Origin: Eledone cirrhosa
Taxonomy: Eukaryota
DNA: 64,000 nt
Reading direction: 5' to 3'
NCBI GenBank assembly: GCA_964016885.1
Contig: OZ024753.1
Span: 23,932,001-23,996,000, forward strand
Shown here piece after piece: positions 1-12,658 of this stretch. The notes under the pieces were generated by a model, which worked only from the letters and a program-made list of their open reading frames with translations, did not search any database and was not told the origin of the DNA. Position numbers and translations under genes: made by a program. The number at the start of each line of letters is the position of its first letter. Positions within the stretch are counted from its first letter, which is position 1.

Positions 1-283
<283 letters not shown>

Positions 284-3154
284 TCATATCACATTCTTCA
301 TTCTTATTGACACCCACCTTGACAACTCACACTTGGAGGCAGAATTAAGAGTGAGGAATTTCACAACCACCCGTGCGGATCGCGTTGGCAGAAGGAAGGG
401 TGGAACTGCCATTTTCCTGCATGATTCCTTTACGGCAGATGGCAACACAACATTCTCTAATGGATACTGTGAATCAGTCACTATGCGCAATAAAGCCAAT
501 GACCTGACATTAGTTGGGTTCTATAGTCCACCACAAACACCCATAATCTGCTTCAAAGAGTGCCTCAACAGTATTAAATGCTTTATTAAACAGTGCCATT
601 CCAGCAACATACATTTGATCTACCCTGTGTCGATTGGTCTACATGTAGTTTGAAACCAGACTCCACAGCCTCAACCACTCACAAAGAGGCTGTCGAGTCA
701 CTTCTTGACTGCATGAATGAGTTGTTCTTGTCCCAACTTGTCCTTGCCCCAAAGAGGCATCGGAAGAACATTCTGGATCTAGTGTTTAGTAACCACACTA
801 ACACTATACATAATATTACAGTGGAAAACACCCTTCTCTCAAACCATGACATGGTTCTTTGTAACCTGAGATTCCACCAGCCGAAAACTAATCCCAGGTT
901 CTCTTTCCAGCCCACCCATTTGATAACATGGATCTCTACAATGCCAACTAGGATGCAATTATGAACGAACTATCACATGTCGACTGGTCTTTTATACACG
1001 CATTCACTTCCACCAACATCAAAATATCTTGGCAGATCTTTGTAGACACTGTCACACATATATGTACAAAACACACCCCACCAAAACCTGTGAACAAAAC
1101 CAAGTGCAGTATCCCCCAAAACAGAAAAACAATTATCAGAAAAATAAAAAGAACAAACAAAAAAATTAACACACTAAAATACTGCCAACAGCAACACACA
1201 CATTCAATGGCTATCACCCTGCTTGAGTAAAAAAAAAATTACCTCCAGCAATGCATGATGACCATCATCAATAACCAGAGAATAGCTGAAGAGAGGTAGG
1301 CCATTGAGAAAATCAAATTCAACCCCAAAGTGTTCTTTTCATTTGCTAAAAAATACAAGGTCACCGTCTCCACTGTTGGCCCCCTAGTTGAGGAAAATGG
1401 CACACTCCAGGACAATGCCAAAACCATGGGCTCTGTTTACAACCATCCTGATATGGCTGATCTGGGCCGTATAAATGATGTTAAACCCCAACACACTATA
1501 TCAGACATAACGTTTGGCGCCCCTGATGTCTTAGCGGCAATAAACGAAATTAAACACAATTCAGCAGTAGGCCCTGACAGGTTCCCTGCTTGTGTCCTGA
1601 AGGTGTGTCGACACCAACTTGCATCTCCTTTTGAGGAACTCACTGGACACTGGCTATATTCCTGAAAACTGTCTGTCCCAGTCTTCAAAAAGGGAAATAA
1701 GTCCCTTGCAGTGAACTACCGTCCGATCTCACTCACCTCTCATATTATCAAGGCATTTGAGAGGGTGGTGAGATCACGAATAACCCAGTTTCTTGAAAGC
1801 AACGGCCTGCTGAACTCCAACCAACATGGGTACCGTAATGGAAGAGACCCCCCTAACGCAGCTCCTGCATCACTTTGACGATGTTTTGAGAGCCTTGGGA
1901 GAGGGCTCCAACACTGATGTCATCTACCTTGACTTCAGCAAGACCTTCGACAGGGTTGATCTACTGATAAAACTATCCAATGTTGGTGTCTCTGGAAGGT
2001 TACTACAGTGGATCAAATGTTTCCTGACAGGCAGAATCCTGCATGTTGTTATCGAAGGAGTAAAATCAAGCCCTGCCAAAGTCAGCAGTGGCGTCCCACA
2101 AAGCACTGTGTTTGGCCCACTTCTTTTCATCATCTACATTAATGACATTACTGACATCATTAAGCACAACAACATCAGAATCTTCGCAGATGATTCCAAG
2201 CTCCAAAGGGTCATCAATGAGGTGGGTGACCGAACTTGCCTTCACTCAGATCTACTGGCTGTTATCCAATGGGCAGAAATGAATAATATGCTGTTGAATG
2301 AGGATAAATTTGAATTAATCCACTTTGGAAAAAACGATGCCCTGAAACTACCATACTCTCTTCCTTCGGGTCAAACTCTAGTGGCATTCAATAACATCAG
2401 AGACCTGGGAGTAATTGTGGACAACAATATAAGCTTGGCCACTCATATAAACAGCAAAGTTGATATGGCCCGCAAAATGTGTTCCTGGATTCTTAGAACT
2501 TTCTAGTCGAGAGATATTCACACTGTTATCCTTCTCTTCTCCACTTTTTCCCGCCCCCACCTTGAATACTGTTGTCCACTGTGGTCACCCCACACGAAAC
2601 AAAGTATCATGAAAGTTGAAGCACTCCAAAGGTCAATTACAAAAAAGATAGATGGCATGACAGGCCTTGACTATTGGAGTCGATTAGAAAAGCTCAAACT
2701 TTATTCTCTCCTACGTCGCCGTGAGCGCTACATTATCTGTATGATGTGGAACATATTCCATCAGCTTTGCCCAAATGATGTTGGCATCACCTTTAGTGTA
2801 CACCCAAGGCTTGGGCCCCGTGCTATCCGCCCACAAGAAAAATCTCACTCGCATCACATAACAAGAATACGGCACAATTATTTCACCTCAATTGGCCCTG
2901 CACCCTTTAACATTACACCAAAACATATCAAAGCAGAGACAGACCCCATCAAGTTCAAGAAGTCTTTGGATAAATTCCTTCAAGAAATCTCGGATAAGCC
3001 TCCTGCACCCGGATATACCTCCGTAAACATTAACTCTCTGCTCGAGTGGGCCATGGTGCGCAAACACTAATTTGTAAGACTTCGCCAGGTGGTGCTATTA
3101 AGTTAGACATGGCCTGGGCCAATACTGGCCGAAACCTATCAAAGTTATCAAAGT
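284..3154 (+). mobile_element. 5'-truncated, decayed CR1-clade non-LTR retrotransposon (LINE) flanked by (TA)n
   Basis: Collinear ORF2 fragments (APE endonuclease then RT). The short 3' UTR has a GGCC-AATACT-GGCC stem-loop and ends in a doubled 9-mer TATCAAAGT (3137-3154), as is typical of CR1 3' ends. Confidence 0.88.
333..3070 (+). pseudogene. LINE ORF2 (APE endonuclease + reverse transcriptase), multiple stops and frameshifts
   Basis: APE motifs [33 protein letters not shown]. Linker GPDRFP and PVFKKGNKSLAVNYRPISLTS (~1678-1740). RT motifs YLDFSKTFDRV, SGVPQSTVFGPLLF, FADDSKL, RDLGVIVD. C-terminal YWSRLEKLKLYSLLRRRER. Confidence 0.92.
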
Positions 3155-3219
3155 TATATATACATATATATATACATATATATATATATATACATATATA
3201 TATACATATATATATATAC

Positions 3220-3250
<31 letters not shown>
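3155..3250. repeat. (TA)n/TACA microsatellite
   Basis: Direct reading. Confidence 0.97.
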
Positions 3251-3972
<722 letters not shown>

Positions 3973-4523
3973 TGTGAGAAAAACGACCGACCCTCCATCT
4001 CAACTCTACTTTTGAAAAGCAGAAGAACTGCGAAACCGGTAAAGGAACCAAATAAATATATATAAACGGAAAAAATGAAACGAAATTTCATTTCCCACTC
4101 TTAGTACGGCTGTTACTTAAATATAAATATGTACACGTACATACATATATGTATACGGAAAGGTAAGTATATGCGTTCAACAATCTGGCAGGAAGGTATA
4201 CGTTGCTGACGATAGCTAATAAGCTTGAAACTAGTACAGCGTTCCTTTGTCAGTGTTGAACAAACGAGCAACGATGGTTGCTGGACACTACGGCTTAATA
4301 CGGGATGTTTGTTTACAAACACACCGAGCATTATAATAAATGTTCGGTGAATCCATACGTACATATATATATGTGTGCATGTATGTATATATATATACAT
4401 ACTACTGTACGTCTGTATACATATATGTATGTACGTGTACATACTTATATATATATAATTATATATATATATATATATATACAATATTAAATAAATGGAA
4501 AACTATATTTATAAAACCATATT

Positions 4524-4589
4524 TATTTCATTATATATATTTCGGGGATATTATATTAACAATATGCTATGCCTTCAACAGACAAAATA
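4524..4589 (-). ncRNA. Hammerhead copy in the inverted arm, core mutated (CTGTTGA)
   Basis: Reverse complement of the 8220/12218 hammerheads, but with A6 of CUGANGA changed to U; probably inactive. Confidence 0.7.
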
Positions 4590-4947
4590 CAATATAAACA
4601 GTTTTATAGATAAATATATTCGACATACCGTAATAAACATCAACTTCATTTGAAGAGGTTTACTCTAGCAGTGAAAATACAGAGAGAAAGAAAGAGAGAA
4701 AGAAAAGAGGGAAAAACGAAAGAAAGAAAGACAAAACGAAGAGAAGGAAGAAAAAGAAGAAAAAGAAAAAGAAGAAATGCATGGAACAAAATAGAGAGAT
4801 GGAAAAATAGATAAAGTGAAGAGCTTCATGTAAAGAGACAGAAAGATATATATATATAGAGAGAGAGAGGAAATAGAGATAGATACATATATATATAGAA
4901 AATTAGGTAGTGGGAGGTCATTTTGAGTAAGTGTATCAATGATACAT

Positions 4948-4982
<35 letters not shown>

Positions 4983-6120
4983 GCTCAAGTATTAATGTAA
5001 GGGAGATATATAGAGAGATATAGAGAGATATATAGAGAGAAAAAAATTTTAAAATATCCAGACATATTCGAGGCGTAGAAAACCCTATGTTTTAATGTAT
5101 TAGTATTTATATATTTATAAAACTTACACTACACTGTAAATATCAGTATTCCTGAATGAAACAAGTATTCACAATGTGTGAAAATTCATTATCTTATGTT
5201 TAGTTTTAAAAATTCATATGTCTATGTGACAGCTACAAATCTCAATTTGAATCCAACTGATTCACTCCGCAAACTCTAAGTTATCGGAAAACATTCTCAA
5301 TGTGGTATAAAAATTTGAGCGTATTATTATTCTTGCGATTACTCTACAAGATTATCTATCAAGCAGAAATAGAGAGCAGATTTCAATATACTAATCGAAA
5401 ATATATATTATATTATAAACATAATAATAAGTAAAAATATAGAATAGAAAACTAAAAAAATATTACGAAAGAATATTACATAATAAAAATATTGCATATT
5501 AAAAATACTACGTATTAAAAAATATTACGTATTAAAGATTTACATATAAAAATTTACATATAAAAATATACATATAAAAATTTACATATAAAAATTTACA
5601 TATAAAAATATATAAAAATATTAAAAAAATAAATAAAATAAAAATAAAAATATTATAGAATACTACAATACTAAAAGAATAAAAGTAAAAATAAAAATAA
5701 AAAATAAAAATAAAAATAAAAATGAAAATAAAAATAAAAATAAACCACAAAAAAACAACCCTTCAAAGTTAATTGACAATATATTGCCACGTTCACTACA
5801 AGACAAAGCCAAAAATTATCTATCAAATCACATCTAGCAAAGAATATCGTAAAAAAGATTATGATGTCCAATTATGTCTACATATGTTCCTATGTTTAAT
5901 ATAGAAGTTTATCTAGTGTAAGGTTAATTCAAAAAATTTGGAGCATCGGCTTTTAGGGTAGCTTAATTTTTCATGAGGAATGTTTAGATAAAAATAAAAA
6001 TAAATAAAATAAAATAAACAATAAAAAGAGTAAAACGAGGGAATCAAAGATTTAGGAATCAAAAGATTTATCGGCTAGTTCTCATATAAATATAAATCAA
6101 ACTAAATATATTTAATCAAA

Positions 6121-7176
6121 CTAAATATATTTAAATTTAAATTTATATTTAAACGTTGAGTTTAATCTATGTTTGCAACAACTGAATAAATTTGTCCGTA
6201 GGTTAAGGGAGTTTTTAGATTTTAGTATAAAGAATATCTCCTCTGCACAGAGGTCACATGTCTCAGAGGATGAATTAAAAGGAATCCCTCTTGAGACTAT
6301 ATTCCAAGCCGTCGAATATCTAACGTTATCTAGCTTAAGTTGCCAGAGTACCCCTGATAGTGCCGTTGAAGATTTTTTATTTGGGTCTGTGAAAGAATTC
6401 TTGTGGTTATTATAGCGAAGTTTAAATTCCGTCGATGTGGAACCGACGTAGTTAAAAGAATTAGAGTCAGTATTAACATTACAATTGTATACTATATTTT
6501 TAACTAAGCAGTTGTTATTTAACGGACATTTAGATCTATCTCTACAGTTACATTTGTTAACTTGTATATTATTTATGCTATTATCAGTAGGTTTTAAGTT
6601 CCTATTATTTATTCTATTAATATTTTGTGCTAAATTTTTGGTGGATGAGTAGGTTAATTTAATTGTATGCCTATTGAAGATTGAGTGATACCTATGTGTT
6701 CTAGGGAAGCGATTATCAAGAGCTTTGAAAAATAATTTAGCGATGTGGGTTTTAATGTTTAGTGAGAAAGGGGGGGAAAACCAAATTATGTTCCTAGTTC
6801 TATTTCTTTTTTGTCCTTTGGAATTATTGTAATGCTTTCTATTATAGTTGTTAATGTTGTTGCCGTAATTAAAAAAGTTGTTACTTTGTTTAGTTTGTCT
6901 ATCATTATCTATGTATACAATCTTATCAGCATACCCTGCCCTAGCTAGTGCATCATTATAGTATTGGGCCTTTTCGTCAAAAATCTTTCTATTCGACGAG
7001 ATCCTAGAGATACGTTTTTGGACTGAGTTTACTATAGTGTTTTTGACAGATCTGGGGTGGTTAGAGTTAAAGTTGACATAGTTTAAGTTTTCATTCAACT
7101 TGTGAAAAGGATAGTGGAGACATGTGTTGAGATTTAATGTTATATCTAGGAAATTGACTATTCTATGGTTGTTCAC
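6121..7176 (-). pseudogene. 5'-truncated PLE A ORF (RT thumb + Asn-rich linker + GIY-YIG endonuclease), frame open
   Basis: VNFLDITLNL, YVNFNSNHP, IIWFSPPFS, CNCRDRSKCPLNNNC, IVY...YVG, FKLRYNNH, CDLCAEE, LNLR..CCKH. Confidence 0.9.
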
Positions 7177-7207
7177 AATTTCTATTTTAAGGTTAAAATA
7201 ATTAAAA

Positions 7208-7826
7208 AATATTTTTATATATTTTTATATGTAAATTTTTATATGTAAATTTTTATATGTATATTTTTATATGTAAATTTTTATATGTAAATCTTTAATA
7301 CGTAATATTTTTAAATACGTAGTATTTTTAATATGCAATATTTTTATTATGTAATATTCTTTCGTAATATTTTTTTAGTTTTCTATTCTATATTTTTACT
7401 TATTATTATGTTTATAATATAATATATATTTTCGATTAGTATATTGAAATCTGCTCTCTATTTCTGCTTGATAGATAATCTTGTAGAGTAATCGCAAGAA
7501 TAATAATACGCTCAAATTTTTATACCACATTGAGAATGTTTTCCGATAACTTAGAGTTTGCGGAGTGAATCAGTTGGATTCAAATTGAGATTTGTAGCTG
7601 TCACATAGACATATGAATTTTTAAAACTAAACATAAGATAATGAATTTTCACACATTGTGAATACTTGTTTCATTCAGGAATACTGATATTTACAGTGTA
7701 GTGTAAGTTTTATAAATATATAAATACTAATACGCCTCGAATATGTCTGGATATTTTTAAATTTTTTTTCTCTCTCTATATCTCTCTATATCTCTCTATA
7801 TATCTCCCTTACATTAATACTTGAGC

Positions 7827-7861
<35 letters not shown>

Positions 7862-8422
7862 ATGTATCATTGATACACTTACTCAAAATGACCTCCCACT
7901 ACCTAATTTTCTATATATATATGTATCTATCTCTATTTCCTCTCTCTCTCTATATATATATATCTTTCTGTCTCTTTACATGAAGCTCTTCACTTTATCT
8001 ATTTTTCCATCTCTCTATTTTGTTCCATGCATTTCTTCTTTTTCTTTTTCTTCTTTTTCTTCCTTCTCTTCGTTTTGTCTTTCTTTCTTTCGTTTTTCCC
8101 TCTTTTCTTTCTCTCTTTCTTTCTCTCTGTATTTTCACTGCTAGAGTAAACCTCTTCAAATGAAGTTGCTGTTTATTACGGTATGTCGAATATATTTATC
8201 TATAAAACTGTTTATATTGTATTTTGTCTGATGAAGGCATAGCATATTGTTAATATGATATCCCCGAAATATATATAATGAAATAAATATGGTTTTATAA
8301 ATATAGTTTTCCATTTATTTAATATTGTAAATATACTCCAAATATTTGTTGAGTGCTTTTATATCAGTTATAAATATTTACTAGTTGTAACCCAACAATT
8401 TTAAATATAACTTTACATGTAT
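7208..8422 (+). repeat. Upstream pLTR of PLE A (direct repeat of 11179-12420)
   Basis: Sequence identity read directly. It has a 22-bp deletion at ~7733 relative to the other two copies. Confidence 0.93.
8220..8285 (+). ncRNA. Type I hammerhead ribozyme in upstream pLTR
   Basis: Stem I TATTTTGT/ATGAAATA (two G-U pairs), CTGATGA at 8228-8234, imperfect stem II, GAAA at 8266, palindromic TATATA, UA. Confidence 0.78.
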
Positions 8423-8464
8423 CTTGCTCCAATACTGTTGAGCGCTTTATATTATAACTGAAAA

Positions 8465-10680
8465 ATGGAATTCTTTAAGATTACTTCCTCTCTAAAAGAC
8501 ATACCTCTACCTAGCAACAAAGACTTTGTAAAACAACTAATAGATAAATCTGACTCTTTTATAAGGAGAATCAGGTGGCGTGCATTCCACTTTGATAAAT
8601 CTAATGCAGACGAAAATATCTCGGACTTAAACAAAGTTTTCAAATCTAAAAGAAATCCACCCCCTAACAAACTTTTATCTGACTTTGAAAACGATATAAT
8701 TTCTATCATACAAGGGGTCAAATTCAAGAGAAACTTTAAAGGCCAGGAATATCTGAAAGGCATTAAGAATAACATTGAGAGCTTAGAGAAAACTGAGAAG
8801 ATCTTGGTGAAATCTGACAAGACCAACAACCTCTATGGAGTGCGGAAAGACATGTATAATGGCCTCATACTGAAAGAGCTGAGGAAAAAATACAAGGTAG
8901 CAGATAAGGCCGAACTTGAGAAAATGAATGTTGAAGCATCTTGTATAATGCATGAGTTGGAAATTGAGAACAGAACACAACCTTTCGTGCCCAGGAAACC
9001 GAAGATCAATATGAAGGACCACAAGAGCAATTTTGAAAATGACCTGCCAGTGAGATTGATCGCACCTTCAAAATCGGACCTGGGAAAATTAAGTAAAAGC
9101 ATTCTTGACAGGGTGATACTGCAAATTAAGAACTTGGATTGTGTATCTAACCTGAGCTTGTGGAAGGGAACTGGAGAGGTTGTTGAGTGGTTTAGGCAAA
9201 TTAAATATGACAATAATAATAGGTTTATTCAACTTGATATAGCTAACTATTATTCTTCTATTACCCCTAGTCTACTAAATAGGGCACTAAATTACGCATT
9301 CAAACATACGGACCTAACTAGCAAAGAAATGCATATTATATTATCGGCTAGGAAAACTCTGATAGAATTTAATGACATATTATAGACTAGAGCAGATAGA
9401 GATAGCAATTTTGACATAACAATGGGATCTTCCGACTCAGCTCAGGTAACTGACCTTGTGGGCTTATTTTTAATCAAGTCGCTACATAGGAAAATACCTG
9501 GTACTACCGGAGGTTTATATAGGGATGACATGCTTTTACTTATTAATATTAATAACCCTGAACTAAATAGAAAATGTAAACAAATTACAAAATTTTTTAA
9601 TTACTTTAACCTTAAAATAGAAATTGAGAACAACCATAGAATAGTCAATTTCCTAGATATAACATTAAATCTCAACACATGTCTCCACTATCCTTTTCAC
9701 AAGTTGAATGAAAACTTAAACTATGTCAACTTTAACTCTAACCACCCCAGATCTGTCAAAAACACTATAGTAAACTCAGTCCAAAAACGTATCTCTAGGA
9801 TCTCGTCGAATAGAAAGATTTTTGACGAAAAGGCCCAATACTATAATGATGCACTAGCTAGGGCAGGGTATGCTGATAAGATTGTATACATAGATAATGA
9901 TAGACAAACTAAACAAAGTAACAACTTTTTTAATTACGGCAACAACATTAACAACTATAATAGAAAGCATTACAATAATTCCAAAGGACAAAAAAGAAAT
10001 AGAACTAGGAACATAATTTGGTTTGCCCCCCTTTCTCACTAAACATTAAAACCCACATCGCTAAATTATTTTTCAAAGCTCTTGATAATCGCTTCCCTAG
10101 AACACATAGGTATCACTCAATCTTCAATAGGCATACAATTAAATTAACCTACTCATCCACCAAAAATTTAGCACAAAATATTAATAGAATAAATAATAGG
10201 AACTTAAAACCTACTGATAATAGCATAAATAATATACAAGTTAACAAATGTAACTGTAGAGATAGATCTAAATGTCCGTTAAATAACAACTGCTTAGTTA
10301 AAAATATAGTATACAATTGTAATGTTAATACTGACTCTAATTCTTTTAACTACGTCGGTTCCACATCGACGGAATTTAAACTTCGCTATAATAACCACAA
10401 GAATTCTTTCACAGACCCAAATAAAAAATCTTCAACGGCACTATCAGGGGTACTCTGGCAACTTAAGCTAGATAACGTTAGATATTCGACGGCTTGGAAT
10501 ATAGTCTCAAGAGGGATTCCTTTTAATTCATCCTCTGAGACATGTGACCTCTGTGCAGAGGAGATATTCTTTATACTAAAATCTAAAAACTCCCTTAACC
10601 TACGGACAAATTTATTCAGTTGTTGCAAACATAGATTAAACTCAACGTTTAAATATAAATTTAAATTTAAATATATTTAG
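8465..10680 (+). pseudogene. Naiad-type PLE polyprotein (RT + GIY-YIG endonuclease), ~738 aa when repaired; one in-frame TAG (9383-9385) and one 1-nt deletion (~10025-10031)
   Basis: N-terminal SLKDIPLPS..LIDK..FIRRIRWRA, SDKTNNLY, KDHK.NF...PVRLIAPSKSDLG. RT motifs FIQLDIANYYSSI, FDITMGSSDSAQV, GLYRDD. Cys-flanked IVY-YVG nuclease. The clade call is from remembered motif patterns and needs a tree. Confidence 0.9.
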
Positions 10681-11178
10681 TTTGATTAAATATATTTAGT
10701 TTGATTTATATTTATATGAGAACTAGCCGATAAATCTTTTGATTCCTAAATCTTTGATTCCCTCGTTTTACTCTTTTTATTGTTTATTTTATTTTATTTA
10801 TTTTTATTTTTATCTAAACATTCCTCATGAAAAATTAAGCTACCCTAAAAGCCGATGCTCCAAATTTTTTGAATTAACCTTACACTAGATAAACTTCTAT
10901 ATTAAACATAGGAACATATGTAGACATAATTGGACATCATAATCTTTTTTACGATATTCTTTGCTAGATGTGATTTGATAGATAATTTTTGGCTTTGTCT
11001 TGTAGTGAACGTGGCAATATATTGTCAATTAACTTTGAAGGGTTGTTTTTTTGTGGTTTATTTTTATTTTTATTTTCATTTTTATTTTTATTTTTATTTT
11101 TTATTTTTATTTTTACTTTTATTCTTTTAGTATTGTAGTATTCTATAATATTTTTATTTTTATTTTATTTATTTTTTT

Positions 11179-11818
11179 AATATTTTTATATATTTTTATA
11201 TGTAAATTTTTATATGTAAATTTTTATATGTATATTTTTATATGTAAATTTTTATATGTAAATCTTTAATACGTAATATTTTTTAATACGTAGTATTTTT
11301 AATATGCAATATTTTTATTATGTAATATTCTTTCGTAATATTTTTTTAGTTTTCTATTCTATATTTTTACTTATTATTATGTTTATAATATAATATATAT
11401 TTTCGATTAGTATATTGAAATCTGCTCTCTATTTCTGCTTGATAGATAATCTTGTAGAGTAATCGCAAGAATAATAATACGCTCAAATTTTTATACCACA
11501 TTGAGAATGTTTTCCGATAACTTAGAGTTTGCGGAGTGAATCAGTTGGATTCAAATTGAGATTTGTAGCTGTCACATAGACATATGAATTTTTAAAACTA
11601 AACATAAGATAATGAATTTTCACACATTGTGAATACTTGTTTCATTCAGGAATACTGATATTTACAGTGTAGTGTAAGTTTTATAAATATATAAATACTA
11701 ATACATTAAAACATAGGGTTTTCTACGCCTCGAATATGTCTGGATATTTTAAAATTTTTTTCTCTCTCTATATCTCTCTATATCTCTCTATATATCTCCC
11801 TTACATTAATACTTGAGC

Positions 11819-11853
<35 letters not shown>

Positions 11854-12420
11854 ATGTATCATTGATACACTTACTCAAAATGAAAATGACCTCCCACTAC
11901 CTAATTTTCTATATATATATGTATCTATCTCTATTTCCTCTCTCTCTCTATATATATATATCTTTCTGTCTCTTTACATGAAGCTCTTCACTTTATCTAT
12001 TTTTCCATCTCTCTATTTTGTTCCATGCATTTCTTCTTTTTCTTTTTCTTCTTTTTCTTCCTTCTCTTCGTTTTGTCTTTCTTTCTTTCGTTTTTCCCTC
12101 TTTTCTTTCTCTCTTTCTTTCTCTCTGTATTTTCACTGCTAGAGTAAACCTCTTCAAATGAAGTTGCTGTTTATTACGGTATGTCGAATATATTTATCTA
12201 TAAAACTGTTTATATTGTATTTTGTCTGATGAAGGCATAGCATATTGTTAATATGATATCCCCGAAATATATATAATGAAATAAATATGGTTTTATAAAT
12301 ATAGTTTTCCATTTATTTAATATTGTAAATATACTCCAAATATTTGTCGAGTGCTTTTATATCAGTTATAAATATTTACTAGTTGTAACCCAACAATTTT
12401 AAATATAACTTTACATGTAT
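11179..12420 (+). repeat. Downstream pLTR / 3' terminal repeat of PLE A
   Basis: Direct repeat of 7208-8422; ends TTTACATGTAT running into (TA)n. Confidence 0.93.
12218..12283 (+). ncRNA. Type I hammerhead ribozyme in downstream pLTR
   Basis: Same sequence as 8220-8285, with CTGATGA at 12226-12232 and GAAA at 12264. Confidence 0.78.
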
Positions 12421-12440
12421 ATATATATATATATATACAT

Positions 12441-12658
12441 CGATAGTCGATCGACTTTCGTCAAATCGGACCGAGGAAACAATGTTTCCATTGGTCTTTC
12501 CAATTGCTGATACTATCTATCGGTCGCAACTCCAGGTAGAAGGAGCAATGTGAAATAAAGTGTCTTACTCAAGGACATAACGCATCACCCGGTTCGGGAA
12601 TCGAGCTCATAACCTCACGATTGTGAATCCAATCCTCTAACCACTCAGCCACGCGCCT
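12441..12658 (-). mobile_element. tRNA-derived SINE
   Basis: Minus strand reads A box TGGCTGAGTGG, B-box-like GAGCTCGATTCCC, then CORE-like TGTCCTTGAGTAAGACACTTT. A paralogous copy lies at 17047-17247. Confidence 0.85.

Larger units (their letters stand above)
4480..7210 (-). repeat. Inverted duplicate of the 3' 2.7 kb of PLE A
   Basis: Near-identical reverse complement of 9592-12327. The ORF track gives identical peptides at 6173..6415/10386..10628 and 5532..5750/11051..11269. The junction shows AAT microhomology at ~7208-7210. Confidence 0.95.
4480..12420 (+). mobile_element. Penelope-like retroelement A (Naiad-type): inverted 3' copy + pLTR + RT/GIY-YIG ORF + long 3' UTR/pLTR, inserted in (TA)n
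   Basis: 4480-7210 is the reverse complement of ~9592-12327, and 7208-8422 is a direct copy of 11179-12420. The ORF spans 8465-10680, each terminal repeat has a hammerhead, and both flanks are (TA)n. Confidence 0.93.

Noticed and set aside
3100-3136. Hammerhead in the LINE 3' UTR (CTG-GGCC..GGCC-GAAAC)
   Set aside because: It lacks the ANGA of the core and a stem I/III; more likely the normal CR1 3' stem-loop.
10240-10640. Selenocysteine-type Naiad (UGA at nuclease cysteines)
   Set aside because: All conserved Cys positions are ordinary TGY codons in both copies, with no in-frame TGA.
12575-12658. tRNA gene (also ~17170-17247)
   Set aside because: A and B boxes are present, but there is no clean cloverleaf and the sequence continues into a SINE body.
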